NCBI GenBank assembly: GCA_963708135.1
Contig: OY970192.1
Span: 4,608,001-4,672,000, forward strand
From: an uncultured Gemmatimonadales bacterium
GTDB lineage: Bacteria; Gemmatimonadota; Gemmatimonadetes; Longimicrobiales; RSA9
Direction of reading: 5' to 3'
Length of the DNA stretch: 64,000 nt
Of the stretch, positions 32,464 to 41,630 are shown piece by piece (the stretch's first letter is position 1; every line of letters begins with the position of its first letter). The notes under the pieces were generated by a model, which was not told where the DNA came from, made no database searches, and saw nothing but the letters and a program-made list of their open reading frames with translations. The position numbers were made by a program, and so were the translations under genes.

Positions 32464-34347
32464 ATGACCATTCGCCCCTTCTTCCGCCGCGGCGGCGCGA
32501 TCGGCGCGCTGCTGTGCGTGATCGTCGCGGCACGTGCCGAAGCGCAGGCGGCCGGGCCCCCCGGGTTCGACGTGACCGAGGTGCAGGTGCCGATGCGCGA
32601 CGGCGTGCGCCTGCACACGTTGATCTTCACCCCGAAGGAGGCGGTGGGGGACCTGCCGATCCTCATGTCCCGCACGCCGTACGGCATCGACCACATCGGC
32701 GCAGCGCTGGGGAGCCCGAGCCTGGTGGACCTCGTCCACGACGGCTACATCTGGGTGTTCCAGGACATCCGCGGGCGCTTCGGATCCGAGGGGCAGTTCG
32801 TGATGCTGCGGCCGATGCGGGACCGCAGCGATCCCAAGGCGATCGACGAGAGCACCGACGCGTACGACACGATCGACTGGCTCCTCGAGCACGTGCCGCA
32901 CAACAACGGGCGGGTGGGCATGCTGGGCACCTCCTACCCGGGATGGCTCACGGTGATGGCGATGCTCGACCCGCATCCGGCGCTCAAGGCGGTCTCTCCT
33001 CGCGCGTCGCCGGCCGACATGTTCATCGGCGACGACTTCCACCACAACGGCGCGTTCCGCCTGAGCTACGGCTTCGAGTACGCGGCGATGATCGAGGGCT
33101 CGAAGGAGTTCTCCGCCTTCTCGTTCGACAAGCCCGACACCTACGACTGGTACCTCGCGCTCGGCTCGCTCGCCCATGTGAACGAGCGCTATCTCCACGG
33201 CAGGCTCCCGACGTGGAACAACTTCGTGGCGCACCCCTCCTACGATGCGTTCTGGCAGGCGCAGGCCGTGGCACCGTACCTCGACCGGGTCACGGTTCCG
33301 ACGCTGAGCGTGGCGGGCTGGTGGGACCAGGAGGACTTCTACGGACCCGTCGAGATCTACGAGACGCTGGAGAAGCACGATACCCGGCACCTCAACTACC
33401 TGGTCGTCGGGCCGTGGAACCACGGCGGCTGGAATGGCGCGAGCGGGGAGCGGCTCGGCAGCATCGATTTCGAGCACCCGGCCTCGGCGGAGTTCAGGAA
33501 GAACATCGAGGCGCCGTGGTTCGCCTACTGGCTCAAGGGCAAAGGCAAGCTGGACCTGGCGGAGGCGACGACGTTCGAGGCCGGATCGGACGAATGGAAG
33601 AGCTACGACAGCTGGCCGCCCCGGACCGGCGTGGCGCAGCGGAAGCTGTTCATCCGCGCCGATCACGAGCTCTCGCTCGAGCCGCCGACCGACAGCGGAC
33701 CGAGCGCCGTCGATTCGTACGTCTCGGATCCGGCACATCCGGTACCGTACCGCGCGCGGCCGATCCTGCCGACCTTCGGGAACGGGTCCACGTGGTCGCG
33801 GTGGCTCGTCGACGATCAGCGCTTCCTGCAGGGACGGCCGGACGTGCTGACGTGGCAGACCGCTCCCCTCACCCGGGACGTGGTGATCACCGGCGCGCTG
33901 GCGGCGCACCTGTTCGCGTCCACGACCGGCTCCGACGTCGATTGGATCGTCAAGCTCATCGACGTCTATCCCGAGGACGGCGCGGGCGATCCCAAGCTCG
34001 CCGGCTATCAGCTCATGGTGGGGAACGACGTGTTCCGCGGCCGCTTCCGGAACGGCTTCGAGCATCCACGGGCGATCGTGCCGAACCAGGTCGATGAGTA
34101 CGTGATCGACCTGCACACGCAGGACTACCAGTTCCGGAAGGGGCACCGGATCATGGTGGAGGTGCAGAGCAGCTGGTTCCCCCTCATCGACCGCAATCCG
34201 CAGGTCTTCGTCGACAACATCTTCACGGCGCCGGATTCGGTGTTCACGGCCGCGACGGAACGGATCCATCGCTCCGCCCGCGCGGCCACCTACATCGATC
34301 TCCCGATCGCCGGAAGCGCGGCGGGGATCCCCGCCGTCCCCCGCTGA
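32464..34347 (+). CDS. CocE/NonD-family hydrolase (S15; alpha-amino acid ester hydrolase / glutaryl-7-ACA acylase-like), secreted
   Basis: VPMRDGVRLHT, RTPY, QDIRGRFGSEG, nucleophile motif GTSYPG, GDDFHHNGAF, WWDQED, VGPWNHGGW, QSSWFPLIDRNPQ. Confidence 0.93.
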   Translation: MTIRPFFRRGGAIGALLCVIVAARAEAQAAGPPGFDVTEVQVPMRDGVRLHTLIFTPKEAVGDLPILMSRTPYGIDHIGAALGSPSLVDLVHDGYIWVFQDIRGRFGSEGQFVMLRPMRDRSDPKAIDESTDAYDTIDWLLEHVPHNNGRVGMLGTSYPGWLTVMAMLDPHPALKAVSPRASPADMFIGDDFHHNGAFRLSYGFEYAAMIEGSKEFSAFSFDKPDTYDWYLALGSLAHVNERYLHGRLPTWNNFVAHPSYDAFWQAQAVAPYLDRVTVPTLSVAGWWDQEDFYGPVEIYETLEKHDTRHLNYLVVGPWNHGGWNGASGERLGSIDFEHPASAEFRKNIEAPWFAYWLKGKGKLDLAEATTFEAGSDEWKSYDSWPPRTGVAQRKLFIRADHELSLEPPTDSGPSAVDSYVSDPAHPVPYRARPILPTFGNGSTWSRWLVDDQRFLQGRPDVLTWQTAPLTRDVVITGALAAHLFASTTGSDVDWIVKLIDVYPEDGAGDPKLAGYQLMVGNDVFRGRFRNGFEHPRAIVPNQVDEYVIDLHTQDYQFRKGHRIMVEVQSSWFPLIDRNPQVFVDNIFTAPDSVFTAATERIHRSARAATYIDLPIAGSAAGIPAVPR

Positions 34348-34513
34348 CGGTCGAACCGCCGGGCGTCGCCCCGAATCTCGACACGACCAGCTCGGCCGAT
34401 ACTGCCCCGTCTCCGCGCCCGACGCGTGGAGGCGGGGCAACAGCTTTAGGCGCGACCGGCACGCCGGGCCGTCCGGCGGCTTCTGCGGCCCGACCCGCGT
34501 GCGCGGCACGGAC

Positions 34514-34543
34514 TTGCACGGGAGGTGCCCGGCGGGGTATAAC
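34514..34543 (+). promoter_or_regulatory. Sigma70-like promoter of polA
   Basis: TTGCAC-N18-TATAAC. Confidence 0.5.
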
Positions 34544-34572
34544 CGTGGACGCATCCATACAGGGGAAGGTGC

Positions 34573-37323
34573 ATGGTCGAGAAGCCGGAAAAGACGCGTC
34601 CGCGGCTGTTCCTGATCGACGGGTACGCTCTCATCTACCGGGCTTTCTTCGCGATGATCAGCCGGCCGCTGACGACGTCGCGAGGGGAGAACACGTCGGC
34701 GGCATGGGGCTTCTCGAAGTTCCTGCTGAAGATCCTGGAGGAGCACGAGCCGGATTACCTCGGCGTCGTGATGGACGCGGGGACGAGCGAGCGGGAGAAG
34801 CGCTATCCCGCGTACAAGGCGACGCGGGCGAAGATGCCGGACGAGCTGCGAGCGTCGATGCCGCGGATCCGGGAGTTGCTGGAGGCGTTCCGGGTGCCGG
34901 TGCTCGAGCTGGCGGATCACGAGGCGGACGATGTGATCGGCACGCTCGCCGTGGCCGCGGTGGACCGGGGGCTGGAGGCGGTGATCGTCTCGGGGGACAA
35001 GGACTTCTACCAACTGATCCGCGACGGCATCTGCCTGCTGAACCCGGGGCGGGGCGGTGCGGCGGGGGTGGAAGAGGAGTGGGTGGACCTGCGCAACGCG
35101 TCGGAGCGGCTGGGGGTGGTGCCGGAGCGGGTGTGCGACTATCTGGCGCTGATCGGCGACAGCTCGGACAACGTGCCGGGGGCGAAGGGGATCGGGCCCA
35201 AGACGGCGGTGCAGCTGATCGAGAGCATGGGCGGGGTGGAGGAGATTCTGGCGGGTACGCAGGGGATCGCGGGAAAGCGGGCGCGCGAGGCGCTGCTGGA
35301 GCACGCGGAGGACGTGCGGCTGTCGAAGGAGCTGGTGACGATCAAGCTGGATCTGCCGGTGAAGCTGGACCTGGACGCGCTCCTCGTGACGGAGCCGGAT
35401 CGGGACAAGCTGCGGGATGTCTTCCTGGCGCTGGAATTCCACTCGATGGCGCGGGACTTCGCGGCGCCGCAGAAGGAGGCGCCGAGCGCGCTGGAGTGCG
35501 AGCATCAGCTGGTCGGCACGGCGGCGGAAGTGCGCGCGCTGGTCGCGCGGGCGCGCGAGGCGGGGCAGGTCGCCGTCAGTGTGGAGGCGACGAGCCGCGA
35601 TCCGATGCGCGCGGACATCGTGGGGCTCAGCCTGGCGGTGGAGCCCGGGCACGGCTTCTACCTGCCGATCGCCCACCGCGCATGGGACCTGGGGCTCGAT
35701 GGCGGCGATCCGGTGAACCTGCCGCCGCCGGGCTCCGCCGAGCTGCGGCCGCTGGTGGAGCTGCTGGAGGACGAGGCCGTCGCCAAGATCGGGCAGGACC
35801 TGAAGTACGAGCTGCTGGTGCTGAGGCGCGCGGGGATCGCGCTGCGCGGCGTCGCCTTCGATACCATGGTGGCGTCATACGTCATCGATCCGGGCCGGCG
35901 CGAGCACGGGCTGGACTCGCTCGCGCTGCAATACCTGGATCACAAGACGATCTCGTACGAGGATGTGTGCGGGAAGGGGAAGGACCAGATCCCGTTCGCC
36001 GCGGTCCCGCCGCTGAAAGCGCGGGACTACGCGTGCGAGGACGCGGACATCGCGCTGCGGCTGGAGCGGCTGTTCCGCGAGGAGCTGGAGCGGTACTCGC
36101 TGGCGGAGCTGTACCGGACGATCGAGCTGCCGCTGATCTCCGTGCTGGCGGAGATGGAGTGGACGGGGATCCGCATCGACGGGCGGTTCTTCGCGACACT
36201 GTCGGCCAAGCTCGCGCGGGATCTGCGGATCCTCGAGGAGGAAATCTACAAGGTGGCGGGCGGCGAGTTCAACATCAACTCGACGCCGCAGCTGCGGGAG
36301 GTGCTGTTCGATCGGCTCGGGCTCCCGGTCGTGAAGCGGACCAAGACCGGAGCATCCACGGACGTGACGGTGCTCGAGGCGCTCGCGGCGCAGGGCCACC
36401 CGCTGCCGCGGCTGCTGATCGAGTACCGGCAGCTCGACAAGCTGAAGGGCACGTACGTGGACGCGCTGCCGCAGCTCGTGAACCCCGGGACCGGCCGCAT
36501 CCACTCCAGCTTCAACCAGACGGTGGCCGCCACGGGCCGCCTCTCCTCGAGCGACCCCAACCTGCAGAACATCCCGATCCGGACCGAGGTCGGGGCGGAG
36601 CTCCGCAAGGGGTTCATTCCCGCCGACGGCTCCGTGTTCCTGGCCGCCGACTACTCGCAGATCGAGCTCCGGATCCTCGCGCACCTGTCGGAGGACCCGG
36701 CCTTCGTCTCCGCCTTCCGCAGCGGCGCGGACGTCCACCGCCAGACGGCCGCGCTGGTCTTCGACGTGCCGGCGGACGACGTCACGCCGCAGATGCGCGG
36801 GGCCGCCAAGACGATCAACTTCGCCACCATCTACGGCATCGGCCCCTTCGCGCTGGCGCAGAAGCTGGGCACGTCCGTCGCGGAGGCCAAGAGCTTCATC
36901 GAGCAATACTTCCTGCGCTTCCCGGGCGTGCGTCGCTACCTGGACACGCAGATCGAGCACGCCCGTGAGCACGGCTGGGTCGAGACGCTCTCCGGCCGGC
37001 GGCGCTACATCCCCGAGGTGCGCGCGAAGAACTTCAACGTGCGCCAGTTCGGCGAGCGCGCGGCCACGAACGCGCCGGTCCAGGGGAGCGCGGCGGACGT
37101 CATCAAGATCGCGATGATCGACATCCAGCGCGCGCTCGCCGAGCGCGGGCTCGGTGCGCGCATTCTCCTGCAGGTCCACGACGAGCTGGTGCTGGAGGTC
37201 CCCAAGAGCGAAGTCGAGGAGGTGTCGGCTCTGGTGCGCGCCCGGATGGAGGAGGCCTTCCCGCTGCGCGTGCCCCTCGAGGTGGCCACGGGGCTGGGCG
37301 AGAACTGGTACGAGTGCAAGTGA
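34573..37323 (+). CDS. polA: DNA polymerase I
   Basis: LIDGYALIYRAF, EADDVIGT, GDSSDNVPG, TGRLSSSDPNLQNIP, ADYSQIELR, AKTINFATIYG, LQVHDEL. Confidence 0.98.
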   Translation: MVEKPEKTRPRLFLIDGYALIYRAFFAMISRPLTTSRGENTSAAWGFSKFLLKILEEHEPDYLGVVMDAGTSEREKRYPAYKATRAKMPDELRASMPRIRELLEAFRVPVLELADHEADDVIGTLAVAAVDRGLEAVIVSGDKDFYQLIRDGICLLNPGRGGAAGVEEEWVDLRNASERLGVVPERVCDYLALIGDSSDNVPGAKGIGPKTAVQLIESMGGVEEILAGTQGIAGKRAREALLEHAEDVRLSKELVTIKLDLPVKLDLDALLVTEPDRDKLRDVFLALEFHSMARDFAAPQKEAPSALECEHQLVGTAAEVRALVARAREAGQVAVSVEATSRDPMRADIVGLSLAVEPGHGFYLPIAHRAWDLGLDGGDPVNLPPPGSAELRPLVELLEDEAVAKIGQDLKYELLVLRRAGIALRGVAFDTMVASYVIDPGRREHGLDSLALQYLDHKTISYEDVCGKGKDQIPFAAVPPLKARDYACEDADIALRLERLFREELERYSLAELYRTIELPLISVLAEMEWTGIRIDGRFFATLSAKLARDLRILEEEIYKVAGGEFNINSTPQLREVLFDRLGLPVVKRTKTGASTDVTVLEALAAQGHPLPRLLIEYRQLDKLKGTYVDALPQLVNPGTGRIHSSFNQTVAATGRLSSSDPNLQNIPIRTEVGAELRKGFIPADGSVFLAADYSQIELRILAHLSEDPAFVSAFRSGADVHRQTAALVFDVPADDVTPQMRGAAKTINFATIYGIGPFALAQKLGTSVAEAKSFIEQYFLRFPGVRRYLDTQIEHAREHGWVETLSGRRRYIPEVRAKNFNVRQFGERAATNAPVQGSAADVIKIAMIDIQRALAERGLGARILLQVHDELVLEVPKSEVEEVSALVRARMEEAFPLRVPLEVATGLGENWYECK

Positions 37324-37439
37324 CGGGAGGCCGTTCGCGCACCGCGTCTGGCCCGCGGCTTGCATTGACGATGCGCGGGCGGGAGACGGGGAAACCTTCC
37401 TCGTGGCCCCCAGCCACAACACAATCCCGTTACCGCCTG

Positions 37440-37474
37440 AGGGCAGCCGCTTCCGAACCGCGGCTGCCCTTTTC
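37440..37474 (+). terminator. Intrinsic terminator downstream of polA
   Basis: AGGGCAGCCGC/GCGGCTGCCCT stem followed by TTT. Confidence 0.6.
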
Positions 37475-37654
37475 CTCGCCCGCGCGGCCCGGCTCCGCCG
37501 GCCGCCGGCCCGGAGTGGCCGCCGGAAACGGACGAAGCGTGCGGGCGGCCCGGACGAGATTGCCGCGACCCTCCGAAAAGTCGGCGCATCCGCGCATGGC
37601 TCCGCCCCGCCCGAGGGTGCAGCTTCGGCGCGAACCTCAACCCTGGAGGGGCCG

Positions 37655-38044
37655 ATGAGCCGCTCGATCAACAAGGTGATCCTGGTGGGGAACGTCGGAC
37701 GCGACCCGGACGTGCAGACGACCGCGGCCGGCACGAAGGTGGTCCACATGTCGCTGGCCACGAGCCGGCGGATCCCCCGCGACAGTGGCTACGAGGATCG
37801 CACGGACTGGCACCGCCTGACGCTGTGGAACCGGCTGGCGGAGCTGGCGGAGGAGTACGTCCGCAAGGGCGACCGGCTGTACATCGAGGGCCGCATGGAG
37901 TACGCCTCGTACGAGAAGAACGGCGTCACGATTCCGACCGCGGAGGTGCAGGTGCGTGAGCTCGTGATGCTGGGCACCCCGAACGGCCACGGCGCGGGAG
38001 CGCTCGCCGCGGTCGGAGCCGAGGAGGAGGACGAGGCGTCCTGA
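37655..38044 (+). CDS. ssb: Single-stranded DNA-binding protein (short form)
   Basis: INKVILVGNVGRDP, RTDWHRLTLWNRLAE, YVRKGDRLYIEGR; GGAGG RBS. Confidence 0.93.
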   Translation: MSRSINKVILVGNVGRDPDVQTTAAGTKVVHMSLATSRRIPRDSGYEDRTDWHRLTLWNRLAELAEEYVRKGDRLYIEGRMEYASYEKNGVTIPTAEVQVRELVMLGTPNGHGAGALAAVGAEEEDEAS

Positions 38045-38153
38045 GGAGCGCATTCGGAGCCGGGCGTGGGGGGGGTGGTGCCGGCCGGCCCGGGTGCGGC
38101 GCCGTCGCCCCGCGCCCGGCGCCGTACGGCGCGCCGGCGCCCGAATGCGGAGC

Positions 38154-40214
38154 TTAAAGGATGTCCTTCAGCGTGCGGCTGACGCCGAGCAGGAGCTGCC
38201 AGCGGCCGTCGCGCAGACCGCGGGCGAGGTCCACATGGAGGATGTCGTAGACGATCCCCACGCCGGCACCGAGATACGGCCGGACCCCGCCGGTGGGACG
38301 GGCATCCCAGCCGCCGGGCAGCGTCGAGTTGGCGAGCTCGCTCCAGCCGAGCCCACCGAGCGCGCGCAGCCGGAGCCACGGCCCCGCCACCGTCCTCGCG
38401 GCCTCGAGGTCGGCGAGGGCGAATCGGTCGCCCGCGAAGCCGCGGTACGCGTAGCCGGGCAGCGTGCCGGGCCCGCCGAGCAGGAAGAGCCGCTGGGGCG
38501 GGAGCGCTCCGACCGCCGCGCCGGCGGCACCGGTGATGCGCAGCGAGGTGCGGTGGTCCGCGGAGCCGAGGTCGAGCCAGCCGTGCACGGCCGGGCGGGC
38601 GAACCCGACGTCGCCGAGGGCGCCGCCGTCGAGGACGGCCCGGCCGCCCCATCCGCGGTCCCCGGTCCGATCCTGTGAGCGTGTGAGCGCCATGCTGCCG
38701 GAGATCAGGCGCCCCTCGCCGACGGGGCGGACGGGCCGGAACGAAACGGCGCCGTTGAGCGCGGCGTTGTCCTCCGCCAGCGTCGCGCTGCGATCGTGCT
38801 CGGCGCCGACGCCGATGGAGATGGCCCAGCGCGGGCCGAGCGCGTGCTCGAGCGAGAGCCGCGCGCCGGTGGCGTAGTAGGGATCGAGGTAGTCGGAGCC
38901 GAAGAAGGCGGCCGAGACGGTGTTCAGCGCGCCGGACAGCGCGGGCCCGTCTCCGATGTCGCGAAGGCCGAGTCGGAAGCCGTCCAGACGGAGCGCGCTC
39001 GCGGTGCCCAGGCGAAGCCGCGCCGCGGCGTCGAGCGAGAGGTGCCGCGCCCCGAGCGCGTAGCCGACGTTGCCGGTGAGGGCGAGCCGATCGGCCGGGG
39101 TGTAGGCCATGCCGCCGCCGAGGAAGACGCCCTCGGCGCGGTCGTAGCGCAGGGCCGAGGAGGCGCCGCCGAGGTGCAGGCGCAGGCGCGGCAGCCCGCT
39201 CAGGTAATGTTGGCGGACGAGCGCGGCGGCGCGCGCGCGCAGCGTCGCCATGTCGGGCGATGGAGCGAGCCCCTCCTGGTTCAGGTCGGCGTAGAGGCCC
39301 TCGGGGAAGGGGTAGCGGCGGAGCATCTCGGGCGGCGCTGCCACCACCCGGGGGCTGGCGAAGAGGGCGAGCGGGAGGGCCTGGTTGAAGCGGTAGTCGC
39401 CGATCCTGAAGACGCCGCGGATGACGGCGCCGGCCGGGAAGTCGAGTTCCGGGAGCTGGCGGCGGATCTCCACCCGCTGCTCGTGCGGGAGCCACCAGCG
39501 GCCCTGCCAGAGAGCGTTCTCGAGGGATATGTCGATGTAGTCGAGGCGCCGGTCCACGTACGAGGCGGGCGTAAACGTGAAGGTCATCCGCACGATCGCG
39601 CCCGTGCTCTGGTCCACGTAGAGAGACCCGATGAAGGCGGGGCGATCCACGCGTCGCGGCCGTACCGCGAGCTCGTAGACGCGAACCGGCTCGGGCGTGC
39701 CCGGCAGGTGCAGGGAGAGGGAGTCCGCGATCCGGTACTCGTAGATCGAGTCGGCTCCGGGCCCGGCCGGATGGGGGACGCTACGGACCTCGTCGCCATC
39801 CCCCACGCGGATCACATCGCCGAACTCGTCCTGGACGACCGTGAGGTGGTCCAGGTGGTAGTACATCTGGTTGGGCAGCTTGCTCGCGTCCCGGCGCCCC
39901 ACGATGCGCTGCTTCGTCAGGTGCGGCGCCTTCCAGTATACGTCAAGGGCCAGCTGGTCCACCCGCACCAGCGTCTTCTCGTCCGAGCCCGCCCGGTCGA
40001 GGTAGAAGTAGACGTAGCCATCGGCGTGGGACTGATAGTCGAAGAGCGTGGTGTCCGCGCGCGGCTCCTCACGCCGCCGCCGCGCCTCCGCCACGAGGCG
40101 CAGTGCCCGCGGGGAGTTCCAGCCGGCCGTCGTGTCCGGAAGCTGCTGCGCCCGGAGCGGGAACGCTCCCCAACCGAGAAGCAGAAGGGCCAGGCCCGAG
40201 GACTTCAGCGTCAT
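38154..40214 (-). CDS. Outer-membrane beta-barrel protein (DUF5686/Omp85-like C-terminus)
   Basis: Signal peptide MTLKSSGLALLLLGWGAFPLRAQQ; YEYRIADSLSL and FIGSLYVDQSTGAIVR N-domain; amphipathic strands; LGGPGTLPGY..FAGDR loop. Confidence 0.7.
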   Translation of the reverse strand: MTLKSSGLALLLLGWGAFPLRAQQLPDTTAGWNSPRALRLVAEARRRREEPRADTTLFDYQSHADGYVYFYLDRAGSDEKTLVRVDQLALDVYWKAPHLTKQRIVGRRDASKLPNQMYYHLDHLTVVQDEFGDVIRVGDGDEVRSVPHPAGPGADSIYEYRIADSLSLHLPGTPEPVRVYELAVRPRRVDRPAFIGSLYVDQSTGAIVRMTFTFTPASYVDRRLDYIDISLENALWQGRWWLPHEQRVEIRRQLPELDFPAGAVIRGVFRIGDYRFNQALPLALFASPRVVAAPPEMLRRYPFPEGLYADLNQEGLAPSPDMATLRARAAALVRQHYLSGLPRLRLHLGGASSALRYDRAEGVFLGGGMAYTPADRLALTGNVGYALGARHLSLDAAARLRLGTASALRLDGFRLGLRDIGDGPALSGALNTVSAAFFGSDYLDPYYATGARLSLEHALGPRWAISIGVGAEHDRSATLAEDNAALNGAVSFRPVRPVGEGRLISGSMALTRSQDRTGDRGWGGRAVLDGGALGDVGFARPAVHGWLDLGSADHRTSLRITGAAGAAVGALPPQRLFLLGGPGTLPGYAYRGFAGDRFALADLEAARTVAGPWLRLRALGGLGWSELANSTLPGGWDARPTGGVRPYLGAGVGIVYDILHVDLARGLRDGRWQLLLGVSRTLKDIL

Positions 40215-40341
40215 GCACCGTGCCGTTCCGTACGATCTCCGCGGTCCGCCCCGGCCGCCGATGGCCCCGACGGCGCCGCGTCGGGTGGTACCGTGCCGCG
40301 GACCGGCGGTTCCGGGCGCCTCCGCCCCGGCCGCCGATGCG

Positions 40342-40376
40342 CGAGGGGAGCCCGCCTCTCGGGCGGGCTCCCCTCG
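40342..40376. terminator. Perfect 15-bp hairpin downstream of the minus-strand sigma factor gene
   Basis: CGAGGGGAGCCCGCC / GGCGGGCTCCCCTCG; no clear U-tract. Confidence 0.5.
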
Positions 40377-40413
40377 TGCGGGCCGGGCTCCGGCCCGGAA
40401 ACGCGGGCCTCGC

Positions 40414-41274
40414 TCAGTGCGCGGCCCAGAACGTCTCGAGCGCCTCGCCATCGGGGCTCTCGCGCAGCTTCTCGAACGCCCGGTTGCGGATCTGCCGGAT
40501 CCGCTCCCGCGTCACCCCCAGCAGCGAGCCGATCTCCTCCAGCGTCCGTTCCTCGCCATCATCCAGCCCGTAGTAAAGGTAGAGGATCCGGCGCTCCCGC
40601 TCCGTCAGGTACTTCTCGAACATGCGGTCCAGAAACTCCCGCCGCGCCTGCGACTCCACCGTCTCCTCAATGTCCTCCGCCTCCGCTCCCGCGAACCGCT
40701 CGCCGAACGAGGCGCTGTCCCGGTCCCCACGGTCGATCGGCGCATCCAGCGACAGCTCCGACGCCGCCACCCGCCGCAGCGCGCGCACCGTCTCGACCGG
40801 CTCCTCCATCTCCGCCGCGATCTCCTGGTCCGTCGGCGAGCGACCCAGCAGCTGCGTCAGCGCCGTCTCCGTGCGCGAAAGCTTCACCAGGTTGGAGTTC
40901 TGGTTCAGCGGGATCCGCACCGACCGGGTCTGCTCCGCCAGCGCCTGCAGGACCGTCTGCCGGATCCACCAGACCGCGTAGGAGATGAACTTCACGCCCT
41001 TGTCCGGATCGAACTTCTTCACCGCCTTAAGCAGCCCTTCGTTCCCGATGCACACCAGCTCCGCCAGACCCAGCCCCCGTCCCTGGTACTTCTTCACGTA
41101 CGAAATCACGAAACGCAGGTTCGCCGTGACCAGCCGCTCAGCCGCCTCCTTGTCCCCGACGCGTGCGCGCCGGGCCAGCTCACGTTCTTCCGCGGGATCC
41201 TCGATGAGGGGGTATTTCTCGACGTCGAAGAGATACTGATCGAAGGAGTCTAGCGCGCGGGAGTTCAGAAACAT
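40414..41274 (-). CDS. RNA polymerase sigma-70 factor, RpoD/RpoS-like without region 1.1
   Basis: LVTANLRFVISYVKKY, KFDPDKGVKFISYAVWWIRQ, VRIPLN, SLDAPI, TLEEIGSLLGVTRERIRQI. Confidence 0.95.
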   Translation of the reverse strand: MFLNSRALDSFDQYLFDVEKYPLIEDPAEERELARRARVGDKEAAERLVTANLRFVISYVKKYQGRGLGLAELVCIGNEGLLKAVKKFDPDKGVKFISYAVWWIRQTVLQALAEQTRSVRIPLNQNSNLVKLSRTETALTQLLGRSPTDQEIAAEMEEPVETVRALRRVAASELSLDAPIDRGDRDSASFGERFAGAEAEDIEETVESQARREFLDRMFEKYLTERERRILYLYYGLDDGEERTLEEIGSLLGVTRERIRQIRNRAFEKLRESPDGEALETFWAAH

Positions 41275-41429
41275 ATGAAGACGCCCCGGATCGGAGGTGA
41301 AAAAACAAAAAGAGCAGCACGCGTCGAAGCTCGACGGCGGCTGCCCTAGCTGAGGATCTCGTGCGGCCTCGCTCCGAGGCGGGTCCGCACCTGGCGTGTC
41401 CCCGGAAAATTTCCGATCATAACCTGTCC

Positions 41430-41458
41430 AATATAGACGGCATTTCAGCGGCTGTAAA
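41430..41458 (-). promoter_or_regulatory. Sigma70-like promoter of the sigma factor gene
   Basis: TTTACA-N17-TATATT on the minus strand. Confidence 0.6.
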
Positions 41459-41630
41459 CCCCCATGCGGGGGGGCGAGGCCGAGTCTGAGTGGCTACACC
41501 GGCCGGCCGCCGCGGTTCCGTCGCGGCGCCCGCCGGGTCGCCCGGCGAGGCGGTCGGTGCTGAGTTGCGGGGTGGGCCGGGACGGCGGGAGAGAGGCACG
41601 GCGGCGAAGGGCGTTGCGGGGCGGCGGGGC

